Source of the DNA: Paramicrosporidium saccamoebae KSL3
Lineage: Eukaryota > Fungi > Cryptomycota
Length of the DNA stretch: 32,000 bases
NCBI GenBank assembly: GCA_002794465.1
Contig: MTSL01000050.1
Coordinates: forward strand, 75,087-107,086
Direction: 5' to 3'
In this document: positions 29,824 to 32,000 of the stretch, piece after piece
Layout of the letters: every line of letters begins with the position of its first letter
How positions within the stretch are numbered: the stretch's first letter is position 1
Notes under the pieces: generated by a model
The model's database searches: none
What the model saw: the letters and a program-made list of their open reading frames with translations, nothing else
Told to the model about the DNA's origin: nothing
Position numbers and translations under genes: made by a program

Positions 29824-30615
29824 ATGGCACAGTATAGCACGTCCTTTCAGCCCGACGACCTATGGTCCTATTTGAATCTTGATCCGTATTCTTCCGATCT
29901 CCTCCTCCGGCCGAACACTGAGTCTATGCGGACCGTAATGAACATGCATCCAGTACGGCCCCTCCCAGCTCCCTCTGCAGCGGTGTTTGCACAGCCTACG
30001 GACAGCACTATGGGCGGAATGTACAAGCCCGTGATGCCAGCCAATCAGCGCGTCATCCGTCCCTATTCCCCACGTAATCGACTGGTCAAATCACGAGGTG
30101 GTCCCATATTGTCCACCATGCCGAAAGCCCCCTCGGCAGCAAAGGAGCGTATCCGACAAAATATCCATCGACGGCTCCGCGAAAAGATTGAGAGGGCAGC
30201 AGTGGAGACGAAGAATCGGAAAAAGATTCTTGATGAGGAGCACGAGGCGGACGAGCTGGCGCGCAAGGATCTGGCAAGCGGGAGGGGACGAAAATCGCGT
30301 TTTGATCGAGACATTTGTTCGCCCCGGTCCAAGCGAATTGCTCCGAATATGCCTCTCATGATGGTTCCCGTTCCCATGGAGGAGCTTTTCTACGATTTCC
30401 ATCCACACAACATTGGGTCGGGCCAGTCTGGATCTGCCGTCCAAATTATCTCTCCGCTGTTTGATTTTGGCGAGGTTACTTCACCTGCCACTTCGATGGG
30501 ATCCAATAACACTTTTGTGCAAAGTCCCGAGTTTACCCAGACTGACTTTGATCAGTATTTTGTGTCTTCCACAATGGATTTTGCTTCTGTTGATGACATT
30601 TTCACCGGCCTATAG
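29824..30615 (+). CDS. Hypothetical protein with a basic helix and an acidic-aromatic C-terminus, possible transcription regulator (263 aa; upstream ATG 29758 possible)
   Basis: Long uninterrupted ORF containing KERIRQNIHRRLREKIERAAVETKNRKK and the C-terminus DFDQYFVSSTMDFASVDDIFTGL. Confidence 0.65.
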   Translation: MAQYSTSFQPDDLWSYLNLDPYSSDLLLRPNTESMRTVMNMHPVRPLPAPSAAVFAQPTDSTMGGMYKPVMPANQRVIRPYSPRNRLVKSRGGPILSTMPKAPSAAKERIRQNIHRRLREKIERAAVETKNRKKILDEEHEADELARKDLASGRGRKSRFDRDICSPRSKRIAPNMPLMMVPVPMEELFYDFHPHNIGSGQSGSAVQIISPLFDFGEVTSPATSMGSNNTFVQSPEFTQTDFDQYFVSSTMDFASVDDIFTGL

Positions 30616-30830
30616 TGATACATTATGTTGATGAGCGAATTAGTTTTATTAAAATACGTGGTGCCTTTGTGATGTAGAGAATGAGAAGTGAGATCTGTGT
30701 CCTTGCAGTTTTAAAGCTTGCAGGGAGCAAGGTTTCTTTTCGCATGAATTAGGCCATTGGACCAGCAGCGAACGAGTTTTCGTCTCGCCTCGTCTCATCC
30801 CTTCACGTCTCTCTCCGCCTGGCAAAGTAT

Positions 30831-30857
30831 GTGGTGTTATTCCCCCACTACGCGACA
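30831..30857 (-). repeat. Copy of the dispersed intergenic element
   Basis: Minus strand reads tgtcgcgtagtgggggaataacaccac. Confidence 0.75.
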
Positions 30858-31196
30858 AGCAGATACTGTCTAACGATATTGTATTAGTAAAATCTTGCTA
30901 GCTGTCATTGCGGGTAGTATTGGGGAGAGTTGTGCTTAGGGCCGATGGCTAGGATGCTACGCTCCATCTGTTCCAACTAAAGGATGGCAAATACAGTCCA
31001 GACCTGTCGTTGAGAAAATTTATTGTTCTCACAGACAGCTTGTTAGAGACTATTGCAACTAGCACAGTGAGCCACACTTATGTCATAATAGATTATTGTA
31101 TGAATTATTGTCATCTACTAAGCCACTGCAACGCACTCAATTACGTTCCGAGTATGACCCAAGCAAGGATTGTGCAGGGGTGCACGCGCCCTGCCG

Positions 31197-32000
31197 ATGT
31201 TTGCTGCTTCTGTCTTTCTAGCTTTTTTGCTGACCACACAAGCCAGTAGGATCCCCACTCTGCTAAGCTTATCAGAGCCGCTTAAAAAGAATGCTGGCAC
31301 TGTATCCAAACTGAGAAGTCGGATACAAAATCCTGTGCCTCCCAAAAGCAGCTCTAGGTTTGAAATAGGAAGCTATCCTCTCGGATACTTCCAGAGTAGT
31401 ATTAACGGAAATGGCTTATTCCCTGAACGCTCTTGCTCAAACCAGCCTGTCAGTATGAGCTCGGTTGATGCAGGATTACCCTCCAAGGCTACCGATACTC
31501 CTTCGAGTTCCAGATCTAACCCAGAGGAGTCATACCGCGCAAAAGTTGTAGAGCGCGAGCACTGGTTCCCATCAAGCCGATACAATGCTTCCAAACACAA
31601 AGAACACAGCTTCACTGACGGTATCATCCAGAGGGTTGTCGGATTCGGCCAATTTTTCCAATGCCATAACTATGGATTAACCACAGCGACAAGTCAGTTT
31701 GGCTCCTTGATAAAGCGCAATAGAATGATATTCTCTGAGCAACTCAAATGTGGTCTGGTTGCGAAGGGAATGGAAGCACTAAAGGATCAGGGCTTCTTTG
31801 GCAGTGAGAGGCTGTTGAAGGTGGAAAAGTCTGCCAACAATACGCTGGCAGTGGTTCTCGCTGGGAAACGCATCGTGTTCCATTCATTTGGTACACCAGC
31901 TTTGGCCGCTGTCTTACTCCGTGTCAAGGAGGACCGATATGAATCAATAATGATCAGCGAAGACAATATGTCAGTTGAGGGAACTCTAAAGTCGAAAGAT
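31197..32000 (+). CDS. Putative secreted protein, 3'-truncated (at least 268 codons)
   Basis: Manually read frame from ATG 31197 has no stop before the window end (absent from the ORF track). The N-terminus MFAASVFLAFLLTTQASR is signal-peptide-like, followed by a Ser/Pro-rich region. Confidence 0.75.
   Translation, partial: MFAASVFLAFLLTTQASRIPTLLSLSEPLKKNAGTVSKLRSRIQNPVPPKSSSRFEIGSYPLGYFQSSINGNGLFPERSCSNQPVSMSSVDAGLPSKATDTPSSSRSNPEESYRAKVVEREHWFPSSRYNASKHKEHSFTDGIIQRVVGFGQFFQCHNYGLTTATSQFGSLIKRNRMIFSEQLKCGLVAKGMEALKDQGFFGSERLLKVEKSANNTLAVVLAGKRIVFHSFGTPALAAVLLRVKEDRYESIMISEDNMSVEGTLKSKD

Noticed and set aside
30649-31150. Short ORFs (30649-30858, 31010-31249) and GAGACG repeats in the last intergenic region
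   Set aside because: They have no ATG start, no family motifs and no consistent intron chain. The three CGTCTC hexamers are too short to support a call.

Overview
A gene-dense eukaryotic window with about 21 protein-coding genes and no rRNA, tRNA, CRISPR array or intact transposon. From left to right: three tandem S33-type alpha/beta-hydrolase paralogues (the first cut by the window edge), a short TMF1/Sgm1-like golgin, ORC3, a sphingosine/LCB kinase, mitochondrial HSP60, APN2, TOM22, PET127, two tandem LtaS/sulfatase-fold membrane enzymes, a TMEM128-like protein, FEN1, TVP23, a Sec9/SNAP-25-type SNARE, SMARCD/Snf12, ORC4, GAR1 and three orphan genes. Manual splicing recovers about 21 GT-AG introns of only 28-40 nt that the ORF track misses. 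Divergent start codons lie as close as 19 nt and 67 nt, a CCC(T)GG motif sits 9-17 nt before seven ATGs, and AWTAAA often overlaps the stop codon. This architecture, together with mitochondrial genes, suggests a compacted early-diverging fungal or microsporidian relative (Rozellomycota, e.g. Paramicrosporidium-like). That assignment is inference only. The main unexplained signal is a 25-27 bp intergenic element (TGTCGCGTAGTGGGG..ATAA..CCAC) found at three loci 10-13 kb apart; one copy forms a 14-bp hairpin just after a stop codon.
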